From Auanema rhodensis (lineage: Eukaryota > Animalia > Nematoda): a stretch of DNA of 64,000 bases. Positions within the stretch are counted from its first letter, which is position 1; the number at the start of each line of letters is the position of its first letter. Positions 38,001 to 54,700 of this stretch are shown here, one piece after another. Location: assembly GCA_964057225.1 (NCBI GenBank), contig CAXKVF010000075.1, positions 372,001-436,000 on the forward strand. Reading direction: 5' to 3'. Position numbers and translations under genes: made by a program. The notes beneath the pieces were generated by a model, which saw only the letters and a program-made list of their open reading frames with translations, made no database searches and was not told the origin of the DNA.

Positions 38001-41000
38001 GTGAAAGATAAAGAGATGCGGTTTTCAAAATTAGATTCCCCATGTCCATATTAGTCTAAAAACAAATTTTTATTGATATTGGTGCATGGTAACCATGACT
38101 TTGACATTTACGTGAACTTTAATTTATGCTAATTAAATGTACACGTGATGTGCACTTGGTATGTAACTCGCTTCACGTGAAAGATAAAGAGATGCGGTTT
38201 TCAAAATTAGATTCCCCATGTCCATATTAGTCTAAAAACAAATTTTTATTGATATTGGTGCATGGTAACCATGACTTTGAAATTTACGTGAACTTTAATT
38301 TATGCTAATTAAATGTACACGTGATGTGCACTTGGTATGTAACTCGCTTCACGTGAAAGATAAAGAGATGCGGTTTTCAAAATTAGATTCCCCATGTCCA
38401 TATTAGTCTAAAAACAAATTTTTATTGATATTGCTTCATGGTAACCATGACTTTGAAATTTACGTGAACTTTAATTTATGCTAATTAAATGTACACGTGA
38501 TGTGCACTTGGTATGTAACTCGCTTCACGTGAAAGATAAAGAGATGCGGTTTTCAAAATTAGATTCCCCATGTCCATATTAGTCTAAAAACAATTTTTTA
38601 TTGATATTGGTTCATGGTAACCATGACTTTGAAATTTACGTGAACTTTAATTTATGCTAATTAAATGTACACGTGATGTGCACTTGGTATGTAACTCGCT
38701 TCACGTGAAAGATAAAGAGATGCGGTTTTCAAAATTAGATTCCCCATGTCCATATTAGTCTAAAAACAAATTTTTATTGATATTGGTGCATGGTAACCAT
38801 GACTTTGACATTTACGTGAACTTTAATTTATGCTAATTAAATGTACACGTGATGTGCACTTGGTATGTAACTCGCTTCACGTGAAAGATAAAGAGATGCG
38901 GTTTTCAAAATTAGATTCCCCATGTCCATATTAGTCTAAAAACAAATTTTTATTGATATTGGTGCATGGTAACCATGACTTTGAAATTTACGTGAACTTT
39001 AATTTATGCTAATTAAATGTACACGTGATGTGCACTTGGTATGTAACTCTCTTCACGTGAAAGATAAAGAGATGCGGTTTTCAAAATTAGATTCCCCATG
39101 TCCATATTAGTCTAAAAACTAATTTTTATTGATATTGGTGCATGGTAACCATGACTTTGAAATTTACGTGATTTTTAATTTATGCTAATTAAATGTACAC
39201 GTGATGTGCACTTGGTATGTAACTCGCTTCACGTGAAAGATAAAGAGATGCGGTTTTCAAAATTAGATTCCCCATGTCCATATTAGTCTAAAAACTAATT
39301 TTTATTGATATTGGTGCATGGTAACCATGACTTTGAAATTTACGTGAACTTTAATTTATGCTAATTAAATGTACACGTGATATGCACTTGGTATGTAACT
39401 CGCTTCACGTGAAAGATAAAGAGATGCGGTTTTCAAAATTAGATTCCCCATGTCCATATTAGTCTAAAAACAAATTTTTATTGATATTGGTTCATGGTAA
39501 CCATGACTTTGAAATTTACGTGAACTTTAATTTATGCTAATTAAATGTACACGTGATGTGCACTTGGTATGTAACTCGCTTCACGTGAAAGATAAAGAGA
39601 TGCGGTTTTCAAAATTAAATTCCCCATGTCCATATTAGTCTAAAAACAAATTTTTATTGATATTGGTGCATGGTAACCATGACTTTGAAATTTACGTGAA
39701 CTTTAATTTATGCTAATTAAATGTACACGTGATGTGCACTTGGTATGTAACTCGCTTCACGTGAAAGATAAAGAGATGCGGTTTTCAAAATTAGATTCCC
39801 CATGTCCATATTAGTCTAAAAACAAATTTTTATTGATATTGCTTCATGGTAACCATGACTTTGAAATTTACGTGAACTTTAATTTATGCTAATTAAATGT
39901 ACACGTGATGTGCACTTGGTATGTAACTCGCTTCACGTGAAAGATAAAGAGATGCGGTTTTCAAAATTAGATTCCCCATGTCCATATTAGTCTAAAAACA
40001 ATTTTTTATTGATATTGGTTCATGGTAACCATGACTTTGAAATTTACGTGAACTTTAATTTATGCTAATTAAATGTACACGTGATGTGCACTTGGTATGT
40101 AACTCGCTTCACGTGAAAAATAAAGAGATGCGGTTTTCAAAATTAGATTCCCCATGTCCATATTAGTCTAAAAACAAATTTTTATTGATATTGGTGCATG
40201 GTAACCATGACTTTGAAATTTACGTGAACTTTAATTTATGCTAATTAAATGTACACGTGATGTGCACTTGGTATGTAACTCGCTTCACGTGAAAGATAAA
40301 GAGATGCGGTTTTCAAAATTAGATTCCCCATGTCCATATTAGTCTAAAAACAAATTTTTATTGATATTGGTGCATGGTAACCATGACTTTGACATTTACG
40401 TGAACTTTAATTTATGCTAATTAAATGTACACGTGATGTGCACTTGGTATGTAACTCGCTTCACGTGAAAGATAAAGAGATGCGGTTTTCAAAATTAGAT
40501 TCCCCATGTCCATATTAGTCTAAAAACAAATTTTTATTGATATTGGTGCATGGTAACCATGACTTTGAAATTTACGTGAACTTTAATTTATGCTAATTAA
40601 ATGTACACGTGATGTGCACTTGGTATGTAACTCGCTTCACGTGAAAGATAAAGAGATGCGGTTTTCAAAATTAGATTCCCCATGTCCATATTAGTCTAAA
40701 AACAAATTTTTATTGATATTGCTTCATGGTAACCATGACTTTGAAATTTACGTGAACTTTAATTTATGCTAATTAAATGTACACGTGATGTGCACTTGGT
40801 ATGTAACTCGCTTCACGTGAAAGATAAAGAGATGCGGTTTTCAAAATTAGATTCCCCATGTCCATATTAGTCTAAAAACAATTTTTTATTGATATTGGTT
40901 CATGGTAACCATGACTTTGAAATTTACGTGAACTTTAATTTATGCTAATTAAATGTACACGTGATGTGCACTTGGTATGTAACTCGCTTCACGTGAAAAA

Positions 41001-44000
41001 TAAAGAGATGCGGTTTTCAAAATTAGATTCCCCATGTCCATATTAGTCTAAAAACAAATTTTTATTGATATTGGTGCATGGTAACCATGACTTTGAAATT
41101 TACGTGAACTTTAATTTATGCTAATTAAATGTACACGTGATGTGCACTTGGTATGTAACTCGCTTCACGTGAAAGATAAAGAGATGCGGTTTTCAAAATT
41201 AGATTCCCCATGTCCATATTAGTCTAAAAACAAATTTTTATTGATATTGGTGCATGGTAACCATGACTTTGACATTTACGTGAACTTTAATTTATGCTAA
41301 TTAAATGTACACGTGATGTGCACTTGGTATGTAACTCGCTTCACGTGAAAGATAAAGAGATGCGGTTTTCAAAATTAGATTCCCCATGTCCATATTAGTC
41401 TAAAAACAAATTTTTATTGATATTGGTGCATGGTAACCATGACTTTGAAATTTACGTGAACTTTAATTTATGCTAATTAAATGTACACGTGATGTGCACT
41501 TGGTATGTAACTCGCTTCACGTGAAAGATAAAGAGATGCGGTTTTCAAAATTAGATTCCCCATGTCCATATTAGTCTAAAAACAAATTTTTATTGATATT
41601 GCTTCATGGTAACCATGACTTTGAAATTTACGTGAACTTTAATTTATGCTAATTAAATGTACACGTGATGTGCACTTGGTATGTAACTCGCTTCACGTGA
41701 AAGATAAAGAGATGCGGTTTTCAAAATTAGATTCCCCATGTCCATATTAGTCTAAAAACAATTTTTTATTGATATTGGTTCATGGTAACCATGACTTTGA
41801 AATTTACGTGAACTTTAATTTATGCTAATTAAATGTACACGTGATGTGCACTTGGTATGTAACTCGCTTCACGTGAAAGATAAAGAGATGCGGTTTTCAA
41901 AATTAGATTCCCCATGTCCATATTAGTCTAAAAACAAATTTTTATTGATATTGGTGCATGGTAACCATGACTTTGACATTTACGTGAACTTTAATTTATG
42001 CTAATTAAATGTACACGTGATGTGCACTTGGTATGTAACTCGCTTCACGTGAAAGATAAAGAGATGCGGTTTTCAAAATTAGATTCCCCATGTCCATATT
42101 AGTCTAAAAACAAATTTTTATTGATATTGGTGCATGGTAACCATGACTTTGAAATTTACGTGAACTTTAATTTATGCTAATTAAATGTACACGTGATGTG
42201 CACTTGGTATGTAACTCTCTTCACGTGAAAGATAAAGAGATGCGGTTTTCAAAATTAGATTCCCCATGTCCATATTAGTCTAAAAACTAATTTTTATTGA
42301 TATTGGTGCATGGTAACCATGACTTTGAAATTTACGTGATTTTTAATTTATGCTAATTAAATGTACACGTGATGTGCACTTGGTATGTAACTCGCTTCAC
42401 GTGAAAGATAAAGAGATGCGGTTTTCAAAATTAGATTCCCCATGTCCATATTAGTCTAAAAACTAATTTTTATTGATATTGGTGCATGGTAACCATGACT
42501 TTGAAATTTACGTGAACTTTAATTTATGCTAATTAAATGTACACGTGATATGCACTTGGTATGTAACTCGCTTCACGTGAAAGATAAAGAGATGCGGTTT
42601 TCAAAATTAGATTCCCCATGTCCATATTAGTCTAAAAACAAATTTTTATTGATATTGGTTCATGGTAACCATGACTTTGAAATTTACGTGAACTTTAATT
42701 TATGCTAATTAAATGTACACGTGATGTGCACTTGGTATGTAACTCGCTTCACGTGAAAGATAAAGAGATGCGGTTTTCAAAATTAAATTCCCCATGTCCA
42801 TATTAGTCTAAAAACAAATTTTTATTGATATTGGTGCATGGTAACCATGACTTTGAAATTTACGTGAACTTTAATTTATGCTAATTAAATGTACACGTGA
42901 TGTGCACTTGGTATGTAACTCGCTTCACGTGAAAGATAAAGAGATGCGGTTTTCAAAATTAGATTCCCCATGTCCATATTAGTCTAAAAACAAATTTTTA
43001 TTGATATTGCTTCATGGTAACCATGACTTTGAAATTTACGTGAACTTTAATTTATGCTAATTAAATGTACACGTGATGTGCACTTGGTATGTAACTCGCT
43101 TCACGTGAAAGATAAAGAGATGCGGTTTTCAAAATTAGATTCCCCATGTCCATATTAGTCTAAAAACAATTTTTTATTGATATTGGTTCATGGTAACCAT
43201 GACTTTGAAATTTACGTGAACTTTAATTTATGCTAATTAAATGTACACGTGATGTGCACTTGGTATGTAACTCGCTTCACGTGAAAAATAAAGAGATGCG
43301 GTTTTCAAAATTAGATTCCCCATGTCCATATTAGTCTAAAAACAAATTTTTATTGATATTGGTGCATGGTAACCATGACTTTGAAATTTACGTGAACTTT
43401 AATTTATGCTAATTAAATGTACACGTGATGTGCACTTGGTATGTAACTCGCTTCACGTGAAAGATAAAGAGATGCGGTTTTCAAAATTAGATTCCCCATG
43501 TCCATATTAGTCTAAAAACAAATTTTTATTGATATTGGTGCATGGTAACCATGACTTTGACATTTACGTGAACTTTAATTTATGCTAATTAAATGTACAC
43601 GTGATGTGCACTTGGTATGTAACTCGCTTCACGTGAAAGATAAAGAGATGCGGTTTTCAAAATTAGATTCCCCATGTCCATATTAGTCTAAAAACAAATT
43701 TTTATTGATATTGGTGCATGGTAACCATGACTTTGAAATTTACGTGAACTTTAATTTATGCTAATTAAATGTACACGTGATGTGCACTTGGTATGTAACT
43801 CGCTTCACGTGAAAGATAAAGAGATGCGGTTTTCAAAATTAGATTCCCCATGTCCATATTAGTCTAAAAACAAATTTTTATTGATATTGCTTCATGGTAA
43901 CCATGACTTTGAAATTTACGTGAACTTTAATTTATGCTAATTAAATGTACACGTGATGTGCACTTGGTATGTAACTCGCTTCACGTGAAAGATAAAGAGA

Positions 44001-45400
44001 TGCGGTTTTCAAAATTAGATTCCCCATGTCCATATTAGTCTAAAAACAATTTTTTATTGATATTGGTTCATGGTAACCATGACTTTGAAATTTACGTGAA
44101 CTTTAATTTATGCTAATTAAATGTACACGTGATGTGCACTTGGTATGTAACTCGCTTCACGTGAAAGATAAAGAGATGCGGTTTTCAAAATTAGATTCCC
44201 CATGTCCATATTAGTCTAAAAACAAATTTTTATTGATATTGGTGCATGGTAACCATGACTTTGACATTTACGTGAACTTTAATTTATGCTAATTAAATGT
44301 ACACGTGATGTGCACTTGGTATGTAACTCGCTTCACGTGAAAGATAAAGAGATGCGGTTTTCAAAATTAGATTCCCCATGTCCATATTAGTCTAAAAACA
44401 AATTTTTATTGATATTGGTGCATGGTAACCATGACTTTGAAATTTACGTGAACTTTAATTTATGCTAATTAAATGTACACGTGATGTGCACTTGGTATGT
44501 AACTCTCTTCACGTGAAAGATAAAGAGATGCGGTTTTCAAAATTAGATTCCCCATGTCCATATTAGTCTAAAAACTAATTTTTATTGATATTGGTGCATG
44601 GTAACCATGACTTTGAAATTTACGTGATTTTTAATTTATGCTAATTAAATGTACACGTGATGTGCACTTGGTATGTAACTCGCTTCACGTGAAAGATAAA
44701 GAGATGCGGTTTTCAAAATTAGATTCCCCATGTCCATATTAGTCTAAAAACAAATTTTTATTGATATTGGTGCATGGTAACCATGACTTTGAAATTTACG
44801 TGAACTTTAATTTATGCTAATTAAATGTACACGTGATGTGCACTTGGTATGTAACTCGCTTCACGTGAAAAATAAAGAGATGCGGTTTTCAAAATTAGAT
44901 TCCCCATGTCCATATTAGTCTAAAAACAAATTTTTATTGATATTGGTGCATGGTAACCATGACTTTGAAATTTACGTGAACTTTAATTTATGCTAATTAA
45001 ATGTACACGTGATGTGCACTTGGTATGTAACTCGCTTCACGTGAAAGATAAAGAGATGCGGTTTTCAAAATTAGATTCCCCATGTCCATATTAGTCTAAA
45101 AACAAATTTTTATTGATATTGGTGCATGGTAACCATGACTTTGACATTTACGTGAACTTTAATTTATGCTAATTAAATGTACACGTGATGTGCACTTGGT
45201 ATGTAACTCGCTTCACGTGAAAGATAAAGAGATGCGGTTTTCAAAATTAGATTCCCCATGTCCATATTAGTCTAAAAACAAATTTTTATTGATATTGGTG
45301 CATGGTAACCATGACTTTGAAATTTACGTGAACTTTAATTTATGCTAATTAAATGTACACGTGATGTGCACTTGGTATGTAACTCGCTTCACGTGAAAGA
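35066..45400. repeat. Variable 12/13/18-monomer higher-order repeat; boundaries approximate
   Basis: Variant aattaAatt at 35218/37330/39618/42786 (intervals 2112, 2288, 3168). Variant cgtgaTTtt at 37060/39172/42340/44628. Confidence 0.8.
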
Positions 45401-48400
45401 TAAAGAGATGCGGTTTTCAAAATTAGATTCCCCATGTCCATATTAGTCTAAAAACTAATTTTTATTGATATTGGTGCATGGTAACCATGACTTTGAAATT
45501 TACGTGAACTTTAATTTATGCTAATTAAATGTACACGTGATGTGCACTTGGTATGTAACTCGCTTCACGTGAAAGATAAAGAGATGCGGTTTTCAAAATT
45601 AGATTCCCCATGTCCATATTAGTCTAAAAACAAATTTTTATTGATATTGGTGCATGGTAACCATGACTTTGAAATTTACGTGAACTTTAATTTATGCTAA
45701 TTAAATGTACACGTGATGTGCACTTGGTATGTAACTCGCTTCACGTGAAAAATAAAGAGATGCGGTTTTCAAAATTAGATTCCCCATGTCCATATTAGTC
45801 TAAAAACAAATTTTTATTGATATTGGTGCATGGTAACCATGACTTTGAAATTTACGTGAACTTTAATTTATGCTAATTAAATGTACACGTGATATGCACT
45901 TGGTATGTAACTCGCTTCACGTGAAAGATAAAGAGATGCGGTTTTCAAAATTAGATTCCCCATGTCCATATTAGTCTAAAAACAAATTTTTATTGATATT
46001 GGTTCATGGTAACCATGACTTTGAAATTTACGTGAACTTTAATTCATGCTAATTAAATGTACACGTGATGTGCACTTGGTATGTAACTCGCTTCACGTGA
46101 AAGATAAAGAGATGCGGTTTTCACAATTAGATTCCCCATGTCCATATTAGTCTAAAAACAAATTTTTATTGATATTGGTGCATGGTAACCATGACTTTGA
46201 AATTTACGTGAACTTTAATTTATGCTAATTAAATGTACACGTGATGTGCACTTGGTATGTAACTCGCTTCACGTGGAAGATAAAGAGATGCGGTTTTCAA
46301 AATTAGATTCCCCATGTCCATATTAGTCTAAAAACAAATTTTTATTGATATTGGTGCATGGTAACCATGACTTTGAAATTTACGTGAACTTTAATTTATG
46401 CTAATCAAATGTACACGTGATGTGCACTTGGTATGTAACTCGCTTCACGTGAAAGATAAAGAGATGCGGTTTTCAAAATTAGATTCCCCATGTCCATATT
46501 AGTCTAAAAACAAATTTTTATTGATATTGGTGCATGGTAACCATGACTTTGAAATTTACGTGAACTTTAATTTATGCTAATTAAATGTACACGTGATGTG
46601 CACTTGGTATGTAACTCGCTTCACGTGAAAGATAAAGAGATGCGGTTTTCAAAATTAGATTCCCCATGTCCATATTAGTCTAAAAACAAATTTTTATTGA
46701 TATTGGTTCATGGTAACCATGACTTTGAAATTTACGTGAACTTTAATTTATGCTAATTAAATGTACACGTGATGTGCACTTGGTATGTAACTCGCTTCAC
46801 GTGAAAGATAAAGAGATGCGGTTTTCAAAATTAGATTCCCCATGTCCATATTAGTCTAAAAACAAATTTTTATTGATATTGGTTCATGGTAACCATGACT
46901 TTGAAATTTACGTGAACTTTAATTTATGCTAATTAAATGTACACGTGATGTGCACTTGGTATGTAACTCGCTTCACGTGAAAGATAAAGAGATGCGGTTT
47001 TCAAAATTAGATTCCCCATGTCCATATTAGTCTAAAAACAAATTTTTATTGATATTGGTTCATGGTAACCATGACTTTGAAATTTACGTGAACTTTAATT
47101 TATGCTAATTAAATGTACACGTGATGTGCACTCGGTATGTAACTCGCTTCACGTGAAAGATAAAGAGATGCGGTTTTCAAAATTAGATTCCCCATGTCCA
47201 TATTAGTCTAAAAACAAATTTTTATTGATATTGGTGCATGGTAACCATGACTTTGAAATTTACGTGAACTTTAATTTATGCTAATTAAATGTACACGTGA
47301 TGTGCACTTGGTATGTAACTCGCTTCATCGCTTCACGTGAAAGATAAAGAGATGCGGTTTTCAAAATTAGATTCCCCATGTCCATATTAGTCTAAAAACA
47401 AATTTTTATTGATATTGCTTCATGGTAACCATGACTTTGAAATTTACGTGAACTTTAATTTATGCTAATTAAATGTACACGTGATGTGCACTTGGTATGT
47501 AACTCGCTTCACGTGAAAGATAAAGAGATGCGGTTTTCAAAATTAGATTCCCCATGTCCATATTAGTCTAAAAACAAATTTTTATTGATATTGGTTCATG
47601 GTAACCATGACTTTGACATTTACGTGAACTTTAATTTATGCTAATTAAATGTACACGTGATGTGCACTTGGTATGTAACTCGCTTCACGTGAAAGATAAA
47701 GAGATGCGGTTTTCAAAATTAGATTCCCCATGTCCAGATTAGTCTAAAAACAAATTTTTATTGATATTGGTGCATGGTAACCATGACTTTGAAATTTACG
47801 TGAACTTTAATTTATGCTAATTAAATGTACACGTGATGTGCACTTGGTATGTAACTCGCTTCACGTGAAAGATAAAGAGATGCGGTCTTCAAAATTAGAT
47901 TCACCATGTCCATATTAGTCTAAAAACAAATTTTTATTGATATTGGTTCATGGTAACCATGACTTTGAAATTTAAGTGAACTTTAATTTATGCTAATTAA
48001 ATGTACACGTGATGTGCACTTGGTATGTAACTCGCTTCACGTGAAAGATAAAGAGATGCGGTTTTCAAAATTAGATTCCCCATGTCCATATTAGTCTAAA
48101 AACAAATTTTTATTGATATTGGTTCATGGTAACCATGACTTTGAAATTTACGTGAACTTTAATTTATGCTAATTAAATGTACACGTGATGTGCACTTGGT
48201 ATGTAACTCGCTTCACGTGAAAGATAAAGAGATGCGGTTTTCAAAATTAGATTCCCCATGTCCATATTAGTCTAAAAACAAATTTTTATTGATATTGCTT
48301 CATGGTAACCATGACTTTGAAATTTACGTGAACTTTAATTTATGCTAATTAAATGTACACGTGATGTGCACTTGGTATGTAACTCGCTTCACGTGAAAGA

Positions 48401-48799
48401 TAAAGAGATGCGGTTTTCAAAATTAGATTCCCCATGTCCATATTAGTCTAAAAACAAATTTTTATTGTTATTGCTTCATGGTAACCATGACTTTGAAATT
48501 TACGTGAACTTTAATTTATGCTAATTAAATGTACACGTGATGTGCACTTGGTATGTAACTCGCTTCACGTGAAAGATAAAGAGATGCGGTTTTCAAAATT
48601 AGATTCCCCATGTCCATATTAGTCTAAAAACAAATTTTTATTGATATTGGTTTATGGTAACCATGACTTTGAAATTTACGTGAACTTTAATTTATGCTAA
48701 TTAAATGTACACGTGATGTGCACTTGGTATGTAACTCGCTTCACGTGAAAGATAAAGAGATGCGGTTTTCAAAATTAGATTCACCATGTCCATTTTAGT

Positions 48800-51700
48800 C
48801 TAAAAACTAATTTTTATTGATATTGGTTCATGGTAACCATGACTTTGAAATTTACGTGAACTTTAATTTATGCTAATTAAATGTACACGTGATGTGCACT
48901 TGGTATGTAACTCGCTTCACGTGAAAGATAAAGAGATGCGGTTTTCAAAATTAGATTCACCATGTCCATATTAGTCTAAAAACAAATTTTTATTGATATT
49001 GGTTCATGGTAACCATGACTTTGAAATTTACGTGAACTTTAATTTATGCTAATTAAATGTACACGTGATGTGCACTTGGTATGTAACTCGCTTCACGTGA
49101 AAGATAAAGAGATGCGGTTTTCAAAATTAGATTCCCCATGTCCATATTAGTCTAAAAACAAATTTTTATTGATATTGGTTCATGGTAACCATGACTTTGA
49201 AATTTACGTGAACTTTAATTTATGCTAATTAAATGTACACGTGATGTGCACTTGGTATGTAACTCGCTTCACGTGAAAGATAAAGAGATGCGGTTTTCAA
49301 AATTAGATTCCCCATGTCCATATTAGTCTAAAAACAAATTTTTATTGATATTGCTTCATGGTAACCATGACTTTGAAATTTACGTGAACTTTAATTTATG
49401 CTAATTAAATGTACACGTGATGTGCACTTGGTATGTAACTCGCTTCACGTGAAAGATAAAGAGATGCGGTTTTCAAAATTAGATTCCCCATGTTCATATT
49501 AGTCTAAAAACAAATTTTTATTGATATTGCTTCATGGTAACCATGACTTTGAAATTTACGTGAACTTTAATTTATGCTAATTAAATGTACACGTGATGTG
49601 CACTTGGTATGTAACTCGCTTCACGTGAAAGATAAAGAGATGCGGTTTTCAAAATTAGATTCCCCATGTCCATATTAGTCTAAAAACAAATTTTTATTGA
49701 TATTGGTTCATGGTAACCATGACTTTGACATTTACGTGAACTTTAATTTATGCTAATTAAATGTACACGTGATGTGCACTTGGTATGTAACTCGCTTCAC
49801 GTGAAAGATAAAGAGATGCGGTTTTCAAAATTAGATTCCCCATGTCCATATTAGTCTAAAAACAAATTTTTATTGATATTGGTGCATGGTAACCATGACT
49901 TTGAAATTTACGTGAACTTTAATTTATGCTAATTAAATGTACACGTGATGTGCACTTGGTATGTAACTCGCTTCACGTGAAAGATAAAGAGATGCGGTTT
50001 TCAAAATTAGATTCCCCATGTCCATATTAGTCTAAAAACAAATTTTTATTGATATTGGTGCATGGTAACCATGACTTTGAAATTTACGTGAACTTTAATT
50101 TATGCTAATTAAATGTACACGTGATGTGCACTTGGTATGTAACTCGCTTCACGTGAAAGATAAAGAGATGCGGTTTTCAAAATTAGATTCCCCATGTCCA
50201 TATTAGTCTAAAAACAAATTTTTATTGATATTGGTGCATGGTAACCATGACTTTGAAATTTACGTGAACTTTAATTTATGCTAATTAAATGTACACGTGA
50301 TGTGCACTTGGTATGTAACTCGCTTCACGTGAAAGATAAAGAGATGCGGTTTTCAAAATTAGATTCCCCATGTCCATATTAGTCTAAAAACAAATTTTTA
50401 TTGATATTGGTTCATGGTAACCATGACTTTGACATTTACGTGAACTTTAATTTATGCTAATTAAATGTACACGTGATGTGCACTTGGTATGTAACTCGCT
50501 TCACGTGAAAGATAAAGAGATGCGGTTTTCAAAATTAGATTCCCCATGTCCATATTAGTCTAAAAACAAATTTTTATTGATATTGGTGCATGGTAACCAT
50601 GACTTTGAAATTTACGTGAACTTTAATTTATGCTAATTAAATGTACACGTGATGTGCACTTGGTATGTAACTCGCTTCACGTGAAAGATAAAGAGATGCG
50701 GTTTTCAAAATTAGATTCACCATGTCCATATTAGTCTAAAAACAAATTTTTATTGATATTGGTTCATGGTAACCATGACTTTGAAATTTACGTGAACTTT
50801 AATTTATGCTAATTAAATGTACACGTGATGTGCACTTGGTATGTAACTCGCTTCACGTGAAAGATAAAGAGATGCGGTTTTCAAAATTAGATTCCCCATG
50901 TCCATATTAGTCTAAAAACAAATTTTTATTGATATTGGTTCATGGTAACCATGACTTTGAAATTTACGTGAACTTTAATTTATGCTAATTAAATGTACAC
51001 GTGATGTGCACTTGGTATGTAACTCGCTTCACGTGAAAGATAAAGAGATGCGGTTTTCAAAATTAGATTCCCCATGTCCATATTAGTCTAAAAACAAATT
51101 TTTATTGATATTGCTTCATGGTAACCATGACTTTGAAATTTACGTGAACTTTAATTTATGCTAATTAAATGTACACGTGATGTGCACTTGGTATGTAACT
51201 CGCTTCACGTGAAAGATAAAGAGATGCGGTTTTCAAAATTAGATTCCCCATGTCCATATTAGTCTAAAAACAAATTTTTATTGTTATTGCTTCATGGTAA
51301 CCATGACTTTGAAATTTACGTGAACTTTAATTTATGCTAATTAAATGTACACGTGATGTGCACTTGGTATGTAACTCGCTTCACGTGAAAGATAAAGAGA
51401 TGCGGTTTTCAAAATTAGATTCCCCATGTCCATATTAGTCTAAAAACAAATTTTTATTGATATTGGTTCATGGTAACCATGACTTTGACATTTACGTGAA
51501 CTTTAATTTATGCTAATTAAATGTACACGTGATGTGCACTTGGTATGTAACTCGCTTCACGTGAAAGATAAAGAGATGCGGTTTTCAAAATTAGATTCCC
51601 CATGTCCATATTAGTCTAAAAACAAATTTTTATTGATATTGGTGCATGGTAACCATGACTTTGAAATTTACGTGAACTTTAATTTATGCTAATTAAATGT

Positions 51701-54700
51701 ACACGTGATGTGCACTTGGTATGTAACTCGCTTCACGTGAAAGATAAAGAGATGCGGTTTTTAAAATTAGATTCACCATGTCCATATTAGTCTAAAAACA
51801 AATTTTTATTGATATTGGTTCATGGTAACCATGACTTTGAAATTTACGTGAACTTTAATTTATGCTAATTAAATGTACACGTGATGTGCACTTGGTATGT
51901 AACTCGCTTCACGTGAAAGATAAAGAGATGCGGTTTTCAAAATTAGATTCCCCATGTCCATATTAGTCTAAAAACAAATTTTTATTGATATTGGTTCATG
52001 GTAACCATGACTTTGAAATTTACGTGAACTTTAATTTATGCTAATTAAATGTACACGTGATGTGCACTTGGTATGTAACTCGCTTCACGTGAAAGATAAA
52101 GAGATGCGGTTTTCAAAATTAGATTCCCCATGTCCATATTAGTCTAAAAACAAATTTTTATTGATATTGCTTCATGGTAACCATGACTTTGAAATTTACG
52201 TGAACTTTAATTTATGCTAATTAAATGTACACGTGATGTGCACTTGGTATGTAACTCGCTTCACGTGAAAGATAAAGAGATGCGGTTTTCAAAATTAGAT
52301 TCCCCATGTCCATATTAGTCTAAAAACAAATTTTTATTGATATTGCTTCATGGTAACCATGACTTTGAAATTTACGTGAACTTTAATTTATGCTAATTAA
52401 ATGTACACGTGATGTGCACTTGGTATGTAACTCGCTTCACGTGAAAGATAAAGAGATGCGGTTTTCAAAATTAGATTCCCCATGTCCATATTAGTCTAAA
52501 AACAAATTTTTATTGTTATTGCTTCATGGTAACCATGACTTTGAAATTTACGTGAACTTTAATTTATGCTAATTAAATGTACACGTGATGTGCACTTGGT
52601 ATGTAACTCGCTTCACGTGAAAGATAAAGAGATGCGGTTTTCAAAATTAGATTCCCCATGTCCATATTAGTCTAAAAACAAATTTTTATTGATATTGGTT
52701 CATGGTAACCATGACTTTGACATTTACGTGAACTTTAATTTATGCTAATTAAATGTACACGTGATGTGCACTTGGTATGTAACTCGCTTCACGTGAAAGA
52801 TAAAGAGATGCGGTTTTCAAAATTAGATTCCCCATGTCCATATTAGACTAAAAACAAATTTTTATTGATATTGGTGCATGGTAACCATGACTTTGAAATT
52901 TACGTGAACTTTAATTTATGCTAATTAAATGTACACGTGATGTGCACTTGGTATGTAACTCGCTTCACGTGAAAGATAAAGAGATGCGGTTTTCAAAATT
53001 AGATTCACCATGTCCATATTAGTCTAAAAACAAATTTTTATTGATATTGGTTCATGGTAACCATGACTTTGAAATTTACGTGAACTTTAATTTATGCTAA
53101 TTAAATGTACCCGTGATGTGCACTTGGTATGTAACTCGCTTCACGTGAAAGATAAAGAGATGCGGTTTTCAAAATTAGATTCCCCATGTCCATATTAGTC
53201 TAAAAACAAATTTTTATTGATATTGGTTCATGGTAACCATGACTTTGAAATTTACGTGAACTTTAATTTATGCTAATTAAATGTACACGTGATGTGCACT
53301 TGGTATGTAACTCGCTTCACGTGAAAGATAAAGAGATGCGGTTTTCAAAATTAGATTCCCCATGTCCATATTAGTCTAAAAACAAATTTTTATTGATATT
53401 GCTTCATGGTAACCATGACTTTGAAATTTACGTGAACTTTAATTTATGCTAATTAAATGTACACGTGATGTGCACTTGGTATGTAACTCGCTTCACGTGA
53501 AAGATAAAGAGATGCGGTTTTCAAAATTAGATTCCCCATGTTCATATTAGTCTAAAAACAAATTTTTATTGATATTGCTTCATGGTAACCATGACTTGGA
53601 AATTTACGTGAACTTTAATTTATGCTAATTAAATGTACACGTGATGTGCACTTGGTATGTAACTCGCTTCACGTGAAAGATAAAGAGATGCGGTTTTCAA
53701 AATTAGATTCCCCATGTCCATATTAGTCTAAAAACAAATTTTTATTGATATTGGTGCATGGTAACCATGACTTTGAAATTTACGTGAACTTTAATTTATG
53801 CTAATTAAATGTACACGTGATGTGCACTTGGTATGTAACTCGCTTCACGTGAAAGATAAAGAGATGCGGTTTTCAAAATTAGATTCCCCATGTCCATATT
53901 AGTCTAAAAACAAATTTTTATTGATATTGCTTCATGGTAACCATGACTTTGAAATTTACGTGAACTTTAATTTATGCTAATTAAATGTACACGTGATGTG
54001 CACTTGGTATGTAACTCGCTTCACGTGAAAGATAAAGAGATGCGGTTTTCAAAATTAGATTCCCCATGTCCATATTAGTCTAAAAACAAATTTTTATTGA
54101 TATTGGTTCATGGTAACCATGACTTTGACATTTACGTGAACTTTAATTTATGCTAATTAAATGTACACGTGATGTGCACTTGGTATGTAACTCGCTTCAC
54201 GTGAAAGATAAAGAGATGCGGTTTTCAAAATTAGATTCCCCATGTCCATATTAGTCTAAAAACAAATTTTTATTGATATTGGTGCATGGTAACCATGACT
54301 TTGAAATTTACGTGAACTTTAATTTATGCTAATTAAATGTACACGTGATGTGCACTTGGTATGTAACTCGCTTCACGTGAAAGATAAAGAGATGCGGTTT
54401 TCAAAATTAGATTCCCCATGTCCATATTAGTCTAAAAACAAATTTTTATTGATATTGGTGCATGGTAACCATGACTTTGAAATTTACGTGAACTTTAATT
54501 TATGCTAATTAAATGTACACGTGATGTGCACTTGGTATGTAACTCGCTTCACGTGAAAGATAAAGAGATGCGGTTTTCAAAATTAGATTCCCCATGTCCA
54601 TATTAGTCTAAAAACAAATTTTTATTGATATTGGTGCATGGTAACCATGACTTTGAAATTTACGTGAACTTTAATTTATGCTAATTAAATGTACACGTGA